Assembly: GCF_001194135.2 (NCBI RefSeq) | Contig: NC_068995.1 | Span: 55,375,945 to 55,439,944, forward strand | Reading direction: 5' to 3' | Source: Octopus bimaculoides | Lineage: Eukaryota | DNA: 64,000 nt | Shown here: piece by piece, positions 13,646 to 28,056 of the stretch | How positions within the stretch are numbered: position 1 is the first letter of the stretch | Layout: every line of letters starts with the position of its first letter | Notes under the pieces: generated by a model | Database searches by the model: none | The model's input: the letters and a program-made list of their open reading frames with translations, nothing else | What the model was told of the DNA's origin: nothing | Position numbers and translations under genes: made by a program

Positions 13646-15269
13646 CCCTCTTTGTCTCACGCTTTCATTTTGATTTTGTAGTTTACAATAGGAATTGTGT
13701 CGTTGCAGTTTCATGAACAACTTTGAACATTCGAATACAAGACCTGAACTGGTATAAGAAAGTTTGAAAATATTATTATTTGTACAATTTGGAAAATTTA
13801 ATTACTGGGGAAAATAAATATAAGGGGTAATTAAATGAATTTGATGACTCTAGCTCAGTGGTGATAGTTAGAGATAAATTAAAGGTAAAAATGAGGAAGG
13901 GGAAATCGAGATGGAAGAGTTTAAGTAGAATGAGTGGAAGAGGGAGGTGGTTTTTTTGGTTTTTTAAACCAGAGTAATTATTTTGTAAATTTGAAAAATA
14001 TTTAAAATATAATTCATTCTATTTTAATTTATTTTTCTATTCCGTTTTCCCGTTGCATATTTTACCCTTTCGTCAATCTCTATTTCACCACCATTTCTAT
14101 ACGTTTGTTATCAACCGAAGACAGCCACCAAAGAGCTGCCTATGCTAGGCGCAACAAGATGAATCTGGTGACCACACATGGATTCTTTCAACAGTTGAAA
14201 ACAAATTAAGTTTTCAGTGTTCCACTGAAGTGGGTCGTGCAGTATATTAGCAAGACGGCTAATGGGAATATATGATGAATTTAGGGAAGTAATTTCAAAA
14301 CTTCGATTGCTTAAACACACACACTCTCACAAATACCGACGCAAACGGCGGTGCTTATGTGTGTGTGTATACATGTATATATTTTGACTATACATACATA
14401 CATACATATATATATATACATATATACACAGACTCACACACACACATATATATACACATATACTTATATCTATAATATACCATGTGACGATATATAATAT
14501 ATATATATATATATATGCATATATAAGCATCTGTATGTATGTGGGTGTGTGGGTGTAAATATGTGTAGTGAGAAAGAGAGACCAATAGGCGAACAGTTAA
14601 CAGCAATGTAACGTTTCGATATTTTCCGATAATTATACAGTTCTTACAGCAATAGATTGCCGTAGTTCAACATGGCGCATTTCACAATTGCTTGCTAGTT
14701 TGCCTCGTAATGAAATGTTTTCAGTTTAACAGAAATACTATCTGACTATTTAATTCGAGCAATATAATTATATATATAAGGGGACTAGAATTTTTCTGAT
14801 TAACAAATTAATTAGGAATTTTCCAGCACTATGTTACGTTACCCTGAATGTAATTTGATTTTCAGAATGTTATGTCGAAAGCAAAATGTTTAATGAAATA
14901 TTGCTAAATCTGGAAATATTGGGACTGGGTTTCCGCCATTCCATATTTCTAAGATAATTCAGTTATGACGTTTTCCGTCTCCTTAGCCGTCACTACCCAG
15001 CTCCACTAAATGCACTTTAATTTGCTTTTGACACTTCTTGTTGAGATAGTAGCACTATATAACTGAGTTAGAAGTCTCCAGTTCTGCAGTTATAACTAAT
15101 TTAACTAACCTAATCCTTTGCCTTCGCAACGACTCCACTTCTATACCCCATTCTCGTTCTCCCTCCCCACACTTTCTCTCAATTTACATACAAACACACA
15201 TATACACGACCCCCTCCCCTGAGTTGCAGAGTTTGGAAGCAATCATTATCAAACTTGGTACAAATTACT

Positions 15270-15700
15270 CGAAACCAATGAGAATATGCACCGTGGAAAT
15301 TGATTGATTGAATAATAGTGTCTTTATTCGAGTCAATCGGTTTGAAAGAAAGCGCACATTGTTTGCAGTCCTAAGCCGATTCATTCGCCATTCTGTTTGT
15401 ACGTACCGGAGAGCGTCTCGGATTCTTCTTGCTCTTGTTTCTCTTGCCTCTAAATCTAATGTCCACCTTCACTATTATCATAATAATGTTTTGGGCGTGA
15501 TTTGATTTTCGTACACATAATTCTCTTTCCCTTAGATCTTTATTATTCCTAACCAATTCCGATAAAGACAATTTTATTACCGTGCGTTTCTTTTCTTGTT
15601 CTTATCTTTGCGATTATTCCTTTGTTGTGGGTTTAGTTATCATTGTGGTGGTGCGATGCTGAACGTTATTATCATTATGCTAGGCGCATACTATTATTTT
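15270..15700 (+). promoter_or_regulatory. Possible promoter / non-coding first exon
   Basis: Non-repetitive and locally CG-richer, with CCAAT at ~15275, followed by pyrimidine-rich, UTR-like sequence with no sensible ORF. Gestalt only. Confidence 0.25.
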
Positions 15701-17647
15701 TCATTTAGTTTGCTGTGTTAAATACAACTCAAAATATTTTGTATGAATTTTCCTGTGTTTATAACTGAATACAGTTTATTGTTTCGTTTCTTCCATTCTA
15801 ACATATTACACTGAGTGACACCACATAAAATTTCAACAGAATTCTTTTGCCAGCTTTTAACATTATTGATTCGTTATTTTCTTTTCTTTGTGTATTTGGA
15901 GGCGTTGTTTACAACAGATTTTACTTCCTTCAAATAATTATTTATTTGCACTAAATATTATAAGAAACGAGCCACATTTACAAACTCAAAATAACCAAGT
16001 CTGCTATAGCTGAGACGTACACGGATTTACTTCCTGAAAACTAATTGGAGCTAATGGATACAGAAATTTACTGTAATTGAATCATACAAAATCACTAAAG
16101 AATAAAACATAACTTGAATTATCGCTTATATTACAAACAGCAAATTCATAGCCCCCACCCCTACCCCATTTGGTACATTCTATTTTTAATTTACCTTGAA
16201 ATGTTGAGTTTTTTCGTCTTAATCACAATTTTATCATTACGTTGATGAACCCTTTTCTTCAACAGACGCTCAGTTGTTAATTAAACTTTTTTGCCCTCTA
16301 CATTAACCATATTACCATGCGCTTGCCATGCGTAAAGTGTCTCTGGGTATTTTCGCCAGATCTAATTATGCAATATAGTTTTGGAACTTGTGACTCGACT
16401 ATAATCCAAATAATGGACGTTGAGATTGATGAATAGCTTACTAACGAACAGGTTTTCTATATAACAGTATAAAACATTGATTCAGTATATATGTAACTGA
16501 CTTTCATCAAGTGGTACCGTAATTGCATCCAAACAGTATTCAATAACACCTTGTATCTATGTAACAGAGCTCAATCGAACTGTCTCTTATTAATTAACAA
16601 ATAACAATTCCGAATATCATTGCTACTGTCTCTGGTGTTGTTCTTGTTATTGTTGCTTTTTATAATCCCCTGTTTTTGGACATGTTGTTATTGCCTGCAA
16701 ACAAGCAAATTACTATACATCTCACCGACAAAACGTGAAACAGATGCAATTGATGCCTGGAGATTGCAAAAAGAGAACACTAAATCGCAAACTTATCTCC
16801 CACGAACAGGAACTAAAAGCTGTCAGTGAGAAACTCCGGCTTCAGAGCAGAGGAACCGGAAGCAAAACAATAAACAGAAAATTGTCTTTCTTCTGTTTGG
16901 TATCTGTTTTACTTAAGATCTCTTTATTCAATATTTTCTCTGCTATAAAGCAATTGACTTTGATCTGAGGGTCCTTTAGCTTCAACTTTAAGCAGTTTCA
17001 ATGACCGTGGAGAAGTGCTCTCTCTGTCCTCTCATTAGCATCTGTTATGTTATTATTGAGTACCAAATCAGCAACGATGGAAAAGTACTTTAAGAAAATG
17101 TATGTCAGCCTTGATCACCTGGTATTTTATTCACAGCAGTGTATCTTAGTATATCTAATGTTTCCTACGTTTCAGAGACTCTAGATCCTGATTTACATAA
17201 ACTTGGCTCCTATTTCTAGCAAGTAGAATGAGTGCGCACTGACCCCCACTCATGTAAAGAGTGTGAAACTGTTTGCAATAGATTGTAAAAGCTGATCACA
17301 AATGTATCTCAGCATGTATTGCCTCGCAAAATACATTTCTACATTTCCTGATGTTACTAATACGTCAACACAGCATGGAAATTATTATAAGTATAACATA
17401 ACGAAGTATTTTATAAGTTTAAAAAAGAACTTTAGTCTTCTTGTGAATCATTTCCGAAATCAGCGTCAGCACGACGCTGGCTTCGTCATTACTAGTTTCG
17501 ATCTTTATTCGGTTCTCCAGAGAGCTTCTTTAAGTGCAGTCGCCTTGTAGCCGAGAATGAAAAGCACGTACACAATCATACACACACATACATACATACA
17601 TACACACACACTCTCTCACACACACTCACATATATATATATGTAAAT

Positions 17648-17696
<49 letters not shown>

Positions 17697-18099
17697 TATG
17701 TGTGTGTGTGTANNNNNNNNNNGTGTGTGTGTGTGTGCGCGTATGTGTGTGTGTGTAAGATAAGCACGTAGGTAAGCGTGGTAATTAACTTACAACTGTG
17801 CATACGACAGACGTTAATAAATAACGAAGAATCAAAATGTAAAACATTCAGAAGAAGGCAAAACATTGTCATATTTCGTAGATGTGTTTTCTCTCTGTAA
17901 AACGGAGCACATGAGAACGTGATGTAAATATCTGCCATTTATTTGTTCAAAGATTATATTCGTTTTGGTACATTTTGTTTTTGAAATCAAACGCTTAAGG
18001 TGTCTGTTACGGTCAATGGTTTGAAAGAATTGATGGAGCGCCGAATAAAATATCCTATGGTATTTAGTTACTTTCTGTACATTAAGGGTTCACATTCCA

Positions 18100-18150
18100 T
18101 TGAGGTCAACTTCGACATTCATATTTTAAGGATCGATAAAATATTTACCC
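18100..18150 (+). mobile_element. Decayed family-A SINE fragment
   Basis: gaggtcaacttcgacattcatattttaaggatcgataaaatatttacc aligns to the gaagttgactttgcctttc...gatcgataaattaagta segment at ~33328-33372. Confidence 0.5.
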
Positions 18151-21100
18151 ATCAAACCCTCATCGATTTAATGGATAATAAGCTCTCCATAATTTATGGA
18201 ATTGTGCCAATGTTAAAAATCAATACAATTTACTTTGCAGACATCTAACTCGAATCAAACCAAAAGCTATTGTGACTGAGCTAGGAGAGCATTTGATTGG
18301 AAGTGTGATTATAGCTGCCTCTGATATCGCTACCACTAATATTACTGCGTATAATGATTACAAGCAAGAGGGAAATTTCGTTTGAAATTCTCAAGTATTT
18401 ACTTTTGGGTATTGAGTTAAAGTAATATTACAATTTATGTTTTAAATTAATTGATGAGACTTCGATATATGTTATCGAAAATATCTTGGCAATAATACCT
18501 TTTTTTTACATTTCCATAGCTGCATTGCTATGAAATTATTAAAAATTATAAGTTACACGCTTTACTGAAATATTTGATTAAAAAGAGTTTCATATACTAA
18601 TAAGGGTAAGATAATTTCATTTTATTATGAGGGTGTTGCGGGGTAGAATATGAAGGTCCACTAAATCTAGAAACTACAAAGAGAAGTAACTTGCAAGAAT
18701 CTTAGTCTCAAAAACACACCAGAAACTTCATACTCACAGATGTTGCTTCTGTATGTTATTCCGATGAAAGTGCACCTGAAAATGCATGCCGTCCCCATGC
18801 TCCACTACTCTAACAACTACATATTAAGCCAATCAAAATATCTACCCTTAATACACTTTTCAAACACACCAAAGTTTGCTACAACACTAGCAAAACTTTC
18901 CCAGTAACATGAAGCTCAATCATACAAAATTGTCGCAGAGAAATTTGGAGGTTTGGGGTTCGATCCCACTGTTTATCACCATCGAAATTTATTTTCTGCT
19001 ACTGCCGCGGGTCGAATAATTGGTTACGAGGAAAATTTAGCAGACGGAAACCGTGTCGGTTACGTATCAGAAGAACTGTTCTTGTTCTTGGGTGGTGGGC
19101 GTATTTTGAATGCTTCACAATAGTCGGTGTTTTGCCAGTATTGCAAGTATTCGTGTGAAGACACCAGTCAGACGATAATACTTCCTCCCAACAATCTTGA
19201 AGGCATTGAGAATAATTCTGGGCATTGTCTTTCCTCCTTTGACGAAGTGGTATATTTTTGTCACAAATACAATTTATCCGGACACCATTAGATTTGCAAT
19301 GCACCAGAATTCTGCTTGAACAGCGATGGACATCGCCTCAAAAATGTTATATCTAGTCATGCTCAAACTTCCATCTACGTTACACTGAAATTATGCTCCA
19401 CCGCCAATTAGCCACAGCTCCTAAATCGATATTCAATCGCCCAGAAATATATGGAATTCGATAGCAACATGGCATAACTACACTACAAAAATACACTACA
19501 CAACACCGTGAGTTCAAATTCTTTGCGAAGCATTTTGGGAAAACGTTTTACCATATCCATAAATCGGACTGAGCTTTTTATGTTCAGTTATATAGCTATG
19601 AAAGAAAAGAACGCCAAGAGATTTGCTCTATTTTTCTTTCTTTTGTAGACAACGAAATCAATCGATACATATTGAGCATTTGACAGTTGATTGCATTTAG
19701 TGGATTCAACTTACATGCATTGCGATCAGGACACAATGGGAGTATATCTTGATCGATATTTCCTACTTCAGGAATACATGAGTGGTTGTTTCTTATTTTG
19801 GCACCCTGTAAAACAAAACGTAGCTTCCGATTTGCTCCTCTCATTTACTAATATAAATACAGGGAGCAGTGTGCAAATCGTAAGTTACATCTGATTATTG
19901 ATTTTACTTTTATTACAGTGGGTGATCATCTCTAAAATTTCTCCCTCAAATTTTAATTAAACGCTTTCTATCTACGTTAAAGACAGATTAGAAATAATTA
20001 GAATGGAATCACGTTCCCTAAAATATCAGTTTGTTTCCTATCTTATAATATATAATCCTTACTTAATTAAAAGGATACCAGTATCTATTTATTTAATCTT
20101 CTTATTAAAAGGCCAAACTGAAACGTGATGCATTTCCCAGTAAAATGCGTTCCCAACAAAGTCAGAGGACGTTTATGCGATATGTGTGGAATAATGTCCA
20201 ACGAATGCGTTGGATGAGTGTATAAAAAGTTGACTGAGATGTTTCAAACCCAATATTTCATATGAAATGACAAAGTTAATCAAGACAAATGTCCTTTCTT
20301 ACTTCAGACGATGAAACATCACTCTTATATTGCTCTATCCATGTTGCCTCTTTTATTATTCCTTATCACAGAATCTTTAATACTTTTAATTTACGAGAGA
20401 TAATTGTTCTATATTTTCAAGTGATTTAAAAAATTTGACAGTGGTATGTCGTGTTAACAACGGTAGATCGTTTTGTTTGCTTACTAAAAACATTTCGACA
20501 GATACATTGTTTTGTAAAGATAAAATAATAATAAAACGTTCAGCTTGGGAATTTTTAGATGCTGCACAGCATACATTAGCTTTCTTTAAAAGCAACGTCA
20601 AACCCACATTTATAGAAATATATTTGTAACATTGCAGTGAAAGTGGCATCATGCCAACAAATCAGTGTCCTTATAGTACAATTGATTATATAAAATGGGT
20701 AAAAGCTGCATGAATTTAACCTTTCTATTTTGTGAATGATAAATATATACCACATAGTTTAGCTGAAAAGTTCTAATTCATTAAACAGCGCCATGAATTA
20801 AAGGAAATTCAGTTACACATTTCAAATCAAACTTTTGTGTTAAATGAAATTCTATTGAATTTTAGTTTAATAGTTGGATTTGGGAATAAAGCCACAGTTG
20901 TACTTGAGACACCACAAGTGTTATATTCTATGTCAAGTGTTAGTCATTTCCCTAAAACAGATGAAATAAATACGATTTCTCGCACAGTAGACTCCCTGAA
21001 AAGAAATAGGCTGAATCTGTCTGTTTTGTGCTTTGAAATCAATCTTTTCTAGGAAATTGGAAAATAAGAAAATTTAACAAATGTAATGTGTTTATAAATT

Positions 21101-22476
21101 GTCGGGCGCAATCTACTTTACTAAATAAGAAAAAAAGAAAACGCCGAGGGGTTAATCTACGTTTTCAGAAAACTCCAGTGCCTGATATTGCAAATATGTA
21201 AGTTTGTATGTTCTTTAGACAAAAAATATCGATACAATGAGAGCCTCGAAAACAAGTTGTTCATGGTTTATGTCACATCGGTTCTACAGGACAGTTTTGG
21301 AAAGCAAATCATTGAACTTAATATTTTAACACTAATCATAATTGCAGATCTGGAAGCAGAGTGTGAACACTTTAATGTACCGAGAGTATCTAGAAAAGGG
21401 CTCCAATGGTTAATGTTATTCCTAATGGACAACGCCATTTGATCTGGGCATATGACATCGGAACAAGCCAGCATTGATGGCTATTGTGCCAAATTCTCTG
21501 CCCATCACGAAACGGTTAAAATTCAGGACGAAGGCCTTTCAAGATTCACTTAAATATAAATACTTGAAAGAGAACGAAACTACCCATGATTTAGTCTTAA
21601 TCCATTCGTATAAAGTATGTAGCCTATCCTTAAGAGAGATCAATAATGCTGCTTATCTATTTCGCCCTCGCGTTATCGATAATGCATTAATGTACACATA
21701 TACTAAATCTATGCCAACATAATCTCTAGAATTATAAAGTGTAGATGAATGTTTCCACATATTTTCCAAGTCATGTGAATGCATGCACCTTGAATGATGC
21801 ATTTAACGTATTTCAAAGTCCATTTCCATCTTAATGGAATATTTCCTTATATTTAATAGGATAATTGAAATATTTCAAGCGTTGTCCTGCGAAATATATG
21901 TTTCAAAACTTGTTTGATTTCATTTTCACCTTAAAATTTTCTTTCGTGAACACGCAATTAGCATTTAATTAAAATGAAGAAAATATTGAAACCTGTACGA
22001 GTGTGAAGTTCAGTAGTGTTATAGTACTAAGAGAACTCGGGTTCAATGTCACTGCGTTGCACCTAAGAAAATATCTTCAGTTAAAGAGTAACTGATGTTA
22101 ACAGAAGAACTTAACACACACACACGCACACACACACACACACACATACATACATATATATATATATGTGTGTATANNNNNNNNNNNNNNNNNNNNNNNN
22201 NNNNNNNNNNNNNNNNNNNNNNNNNNNNNNNNNNNNNNNNNNNNNNNNNNNNNNNNNNNNNNNNNNNNNNNNNNNNNNNNNNNNNNNNNNNNNNNNNNNN
22301 NNNNNNNNNNNNNNNNNNNNNNNNNNNNNNNNNNNNNNNNNNNNNNNNNNNNNNNNNNNNNNNNNNNNNNNNNNNNNNNNNNNNNNNNNNNNNNNNNNNN
22401 NNNNNNNNNNNNNNNNNNNNNNNNNNNNNNNNNNNNNNNNNNNNNNNNNNNNNNNNNNNNNNNNNNNNNNNNNNNN

Positions 22477-22535
<59 letters not shown>

Positions 22536-22540
22536 ATATA

Positions 22541-22868
22541 TAGTCACTAGGGTGATTAAGAGTGCTATTCAGTTCTAGAATTGCTATAAATAAGAGTCAG
22601 AACAACTCTTAGCCACGGAGAAGCACTTCTCGCATGATTGAGAAAGGAGACAAGGTCCCCACAGCTAAAATTACAGACCCAGATCATTGATGATTTCCGA
22701 TTTAATTAATCCTCATGAATGACTCTCAGCCGGTTGCCGAGTCTTAAAGCTTACTCGCCATGTAAGTTTATAGAGAATGCTGGTGCTAGCTAGCAGCCTT
22801 GGTCACGTTAATGACCTTTATAGTGTGTCGTGTGCCTTTTGGTTGTAAACTGCGAATAAGCCATCTTT
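22541..22868. mobile_element. MITE/LTR-like element copy 1: ~50-bp imperfect terminal inverted repeats around a ~200-bp core, plus a tail
   Basis: The left end tagtcactagggtgattaagagtgc...attgctataaa resembles the reverse complement of the right end tttatagagaatgc...ggtcacgttaatgacctttata. Tail: tttggttgtaaactgcgaataagccatc. Confidence 0.6.
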
Positions 22869-22920
22869 ATTATTTATTATTTTCACTTTTACCATTTATG
22901 GAATCAACCTCCGATTCCTA

Positions 22921-23212
22921 CAGTATTCTCTATAAATAGACATGGCGAGTTAGCTTTAAGCTTTGGCAACAGGGGGAGAGCCACTGGTGAGGATTAATCA
23001 AATCCGAAATTGTCAATGATCTGGCCGTGTCTCGTATGCTGTAGGGTAGTTGTCTCCCTTGTCAGTCATTAGATAAGTGCTTCTCCGTGGCTAAGAGTTG
23101 TTCTGACTCTTAATTCTAGCAATGCTGGTGTTGACCAGCACCCTTACTCACCTTAATGACCTCTATACTTGGACCATTTGGTTGTAAATTGCGTGCGAAT
23201 AAACCACCTTAA
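22921..23212. mobile_element. Copy 2 of the same element, with the core inverted relative to the tail
   Basis: 22921-23125 is the diverged reverse complement of ~22580-22782, with a perfect 38-bp match between 22591-22628 and 23075-23112. It ends in cacccttactcaccttaatgacctctata plus the same tail tttggttgtaaattgcg..gaataaaccacc. Confidence 0.7.
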
Positions 23213-23333
23213 TAAGTATATATATATATATATATATAAGGCGTGCGGTGCGACAGCGTAGTCATGGTCTAATGAATGAATCAAGTAAAAGTTAAAAGGT
23301 ATCAAGATATGTGTATAAATTGATCGATTGATC

Positions 23334-23334
<1 letters not shown>

Positions 23335-23395
<61 letters not shown>

Positions 23396-23404
23396 CAGAT
23401 AGAT
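23335..23404. repeat. (GATA)n microsatellite
   Basis: Seen directly. Confidence 0.95.
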
Positions 23405-23849
23405 GTGTTTGTTTAGATGGTACTATATTTCCTCGTTTGTTAAGAGGGTACTATTTTCTTGTGTCACTTTCCTAATTTGCATTTAAGTGATGTGAGACAG
23501 ATATTTGCATAACCTACATTGTCATACGACTTGTAAACACAGACGACTGTCTACATCAACACCAACCCAATCGTTCTCCACCATCGCACACAGAAATAAC
23601 AAGCAATTCATGCGTAAAGCGTATCATGGGGCCGAATATTCATAACAGGTTTGGTGGGGGGTAGGTCCTTTGAACTTGCTGCACAAAGCAGGCAATCAAT
23701 AACAACACATGGGAATATACTTCAACATCCAGTGAAACAAGTATATCACTATTCTATGATAAAAATGCTTATCTAAACAAATGACCGAAATATTCATGTC
23801 TTGGTATTAATACATAATGGCTATAACATATCAAGTGACACATTTAAAA

Positions 23850-24660
23850 ACACAAATGTCCACTAGGGAAATATGTGTCTGTTGTACAGGCGTATTTTAC
23901 ACCGATCGTCTACACCTAAAATCAAAATATCACAATATATTTGTACACATACTAGACGAAAACTAGCCCTAAACAAGCTGAATGGCTGGAGCACAAAACA
24001 CTGGCTAATTTCAGATATATTCACAAAACGAATGTCATATGAAGGATTGAGATAGGTGGAATATGAACTGTGAATATAGAACGGACACTTACATTCATTT
24101 AGTTCGTTATTACTTTGATGCTACTGCAAACGAGAATCTGCATTCGCTCCACAACATACTTGAAAACGGTCCAAGTCGATCTGCGCCAAATCAAAATCCC
24201 TTCCGGTGAATTCACGTGGCTCCCACCATATCTCGGTAGGGAAGTGAAGACAGGGTGTCATTAGTGTCTCCTTCTGCTTTCCACCTCTTCGCTGCGCTTA
24301 CATCTGGTGGATTACACCAGAGTTTTGTCTTTCGAGTCTGCCATCACCATCACCACCAGTACCTTCCCTACTTTATAAATGTCGTCTATTGATGCCAGTG
24401 GTAAACGCAACGATCGTCAGAGTTGAAAACCTTCGCACAAATGAAGAGAACCTAGAAATACTTAAACCAAAATTCCTGTAGATTTGTCCAAACTATACAA
24501 ATGACATGCAAAGAAGATCGCTCTAATGAGATCAAATAACAAAGCGTTTAAAAAATATCGTCATAGTAACCGGGTATCATGAAAGGAAGAGACCTATTTC
24601 GATCTTATTAGACAGCGTCTGCCACATAAATTCGAAAATCTAGGAAGTATTAAGAATGAT
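23850..24660 (+). pseudogene. Highly decayed RTE-type RT
   Basis: Colinear remnants: LLYRRILHR (~23878), EVKTG..CH*..ctcctt ctgcttt (FxVxTGVRQGCxLSPLLF-like, 24241-24290) and KFENLGSIKND (FxYLGS-like, 24628-24660). Many frameshifts and stops. Confidence 0.45.
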
Positions 24661-24945
24661 GAATATACAAACATAGAAGGAACGCTGATGGTAAATTAGT
24701 GATGTCGATGACATTTTTATCGACAAGAGTGAAATACAGGAAAGAAAGAGAGAAGCCCCTGCATTTAAACTTAAAAAATCTATTTAAATATATTTGCATT
24801 AATTTCAATATATATTTACATTTTAAAAATTATAATCAATAGATTCTTAAAGATGGCGTTATCAGGGAAAACTTACGTTAAAATGTAGATATATTAGTAA
24901 ATCACATATCTACACGCATACTTACCGTATTTCTATTGATGTATT

Positions 24946-25022
<77 letters not shown>

Positions 25023-26141
25023 AAGAGAGATAAATATATATGTATATATAAATGCGTATATATATATGTATATATATATTGTAATATGTATACATGTATA
25101 TAAATTCATACGTAATTATATATATACATACATATGTACGCATATGTATGTATATATGTATGTTTGTATGTATGTATGCATGTATGTATGTATGTATGAA
25201 TGTACGTATGTATGAATGTACGTACGTATGAATGTAGGTAGGTACGTAGGTAGGTAAATAGATAGGCATAATGACCCTGGAGTTTTCGCTGTAATTTACT
25301 AGAATAGACGAATAACTGTATACAGAAATGTAGATTACTCATACATAATTATACAATTACTGAGATTTGCATAATTCGCAAGTAAAATTCTGCAAACTCA
25401 TATAGGTATATAGATCATATGCTTATGTACGCATATGTGTGTATTTCTGTATACATGTAAATGTATATGCATATATATATACACACATATATATATATAC
25501 ATATATATATGNNNNNNNNNNNNNNNNNNNNNNNNNNNNNNNNNNNNNNNNNNNNNNNNNNNNNNNNNNNNNNNNNNNNNNNNNNNNNNNNNNNNNNNNN
25601 NNNNNNNNNNNNNNNNNNNNNNNNNNNNNNNNNNNNNNNNNNNNNNNNNNNNNNNNNNNNNNNNNNNNNNNNNNNNNNNNNNNNNNNNNNNNNNNNNNNN
25701 NNNNNNNNNNNNNNNNNNNNNNNNNNNNNNNNNNNNNNNNNNNNNNNNNNNNNNNNNNNNNNNNNNNNNNNNNNNNNNNNNNNNNNNNNNNNNNNNNNNN
25801 NNNNNNNNNNNNNNNNNNNNNNNNNNNNNNNNNNNNNNNNNNNNNNNNNNNNNNNNNNNNNNNNNTATATATATTCAGATGAATATGGTACTTAAGTTGA
25901 GGCACCAGAATTTACTAAGGTATTATCCACACAATTTCAAAATAAGGTGATTGGAATCAAAATAAGCAACAAGGATATCCAGAGGTAATGCAGTACGATC
26001 GTTTCACGCAACTCCATTTAATTGAACAATGCAGACATTAAATCAATTTAAATGCAGAGCAATCCTCAGCTACACAAAGACATAGAATTTAATTAAATTA
26101 AAATAGATGGACGCATTAGTATATTTTTGCATAAAATCTCC

Positions 26142-26213
26142 AAGTTAAGGAGATAGACAAAGTTAAGGGGATATACAAAGTTAAGGAGATAGACAAAGTT
26201 AAGGAGATGGACA
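26142..26213 (+). repeat. Minisatellite, 4 x 18 bp (aagttaaggagatagaca)
   Basis: Units start at 26142, 26160, 26178 and 26196, with 0-2 substitutions each. Confidence 0.95.
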
Positions 26214-26762
26214 AAATTTATATTTTATATAGATATTAAACAAACAAGCTCTCCTGAATGTTGTAGTTGCCTGTGTCTAATAAAGTCTAATAAATAATTT
26301 AAACAAATATTTCATCTATTTTACACTTTCAGAGAAGAGAAGAAAATAGATTAAAAGCCGCAGCGTAGAAACAAAATGTCTGTTGTTTGTATGATTGCTT
26401 CTGAGAGGACGCGGTGTCTTGAAACGTATCCTACAGCCATAGTCTTCATGATATAAAGGATAGAAAGATTTTCGGATTCTGGTCACAAGCTTTCATATTA
26501 TAGTTTCGCCAATAGAAGCAACTCGTTAAGATTGGGTGCGGCTGTTTGAATGCTTTGTGATTTGGCACGGCTTATCGGACATTCAACCTGCTTTGACGCT
26601 GGAGGCAAACACACGTGCACGCTCACGCAGTGATAAATTAATATATACAATGTGTGAGAGAGAAGAGAGAAAGAAACATTAAACATACATACAAATATAA
26701 CTAGAAGCTGACACGCATAAACAGCGAGAGAGACAGAAGGAGATAGAGATAGATAGAGAGAT

Positions 26763-26811
<49 letters not shown>

Positions 26812-26822
26812 GAGAGAGAGAC

Positions 26823-26855
<33 letters not shown>

Positions 26856-27675
26856 GACANNNNNNNNNNNNNNNNNNNNNNNNNNNNNNNNNNNNNNNNN
26901 NNNNNNNNNNNNNNNNNNNNNNNNNNNNNNNNNNNNNNNNNNNNNNNNNNNNNNNNNNNNNNNNNNNNNNNNNNNNNNNNNNNNNNNNNNNNNNNNNNNN
27001 NNNNNNNNNNNNNNNNNNNNNNNNNNNNNNNNNNNNNNNNNNNNNNNNNNNNNNNNNNNNNNNNGGGGAGAGAGGTAGTAGGAGAGAAACATTAAAACAA
27101 GTGAAACATCAAAACATCTGTTGTGAAACGCGTCAGAATCGGATCAGAGATTCTAAACGGTTGTGCCAAAACGTATCACAGTCTCAATAGAAACAACTCA
27201 ATCAGATACTGGTATCCAGCTATGACTCTTATTTCTTTCTGCAGTACATTGAGCCATCCCAGTAAATTGTATGGTATGAATTCGACGACTCATTTTTATA
27301 TTACTCTTATGACTCATTTCAGTTTTCCATCTAGTTTAAAATGGGGTTTTCTACTTGAAGTGCTAATGCAAAATAGATTAAATGTTTATTTTGTTATAAG
27401 GAAAAAAGAAAAGCATTCTAACGGCTTCCTCATTTTTCAAATTAAATTTCATAATGCCTTACATAAATATCCTCAAAGAAAAATTTAATTACACATCTAT
27501 CTTTGCCGGGATAAAGGAGAAAAATAACTTCTCTTGTTTTCAAGCAGAATTTAATTAGGTACATACATCTATAAAGGCATAGACCCACACGCAAATACAC
27601 ACACACACATACACGCACACGCATATACGTATATATATATTGATTCTTACGCACAAATCTCTCTCTCTCTCTATG

Positions 27676-27750
<75 letters not shown>

Positions 27751-28056
27751 TATGTATGTATGTATACACATGCACGTATACACACTCTGCAAAAACATGG
27801 ATGTCTATGTTCATAATGTTGCTGTTCCAAGAACAGATATAGCTTCCATTTACGTTCTGGTAAAGTCCCTTTATGTCGAGATCGATTTTTAAAGGGACAT
27901 ATTGCACTTTTCTTGTAAAATCGATGAAATCAATAATAGGCAAACTACAGTGTGGCATATATTCGCCTATATCTTTGAGACACTCCTTATTACATAATGA
28001 TAGAAAATAATAAATGCAAAAGAAAATAACATATTTTTATTAAAATTATTAAAAAT

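Noticed and set aside
17070-17220. ATG GAA AAG...AT|gtatgt ... tttcag|AGAC apparent small intron
   Set aside because: The spliced product stops after 12 codons and there is no support for a gene.
18840-19400. Possible decayed LINE APE endonuclease (IKISTLN, SGIFLS, VISSHAQT)
   Set aside because: Only short, frame-shifted resemblances; insufficient to call.
21340-21520. Possible Tc1/mariner or pogo DDE remnant (VNTLMYREYLE; LFLMDNA; WAYD)
   Set aside because: The motifs fall in different frames, no TIRs were found and the evidence is too weak.
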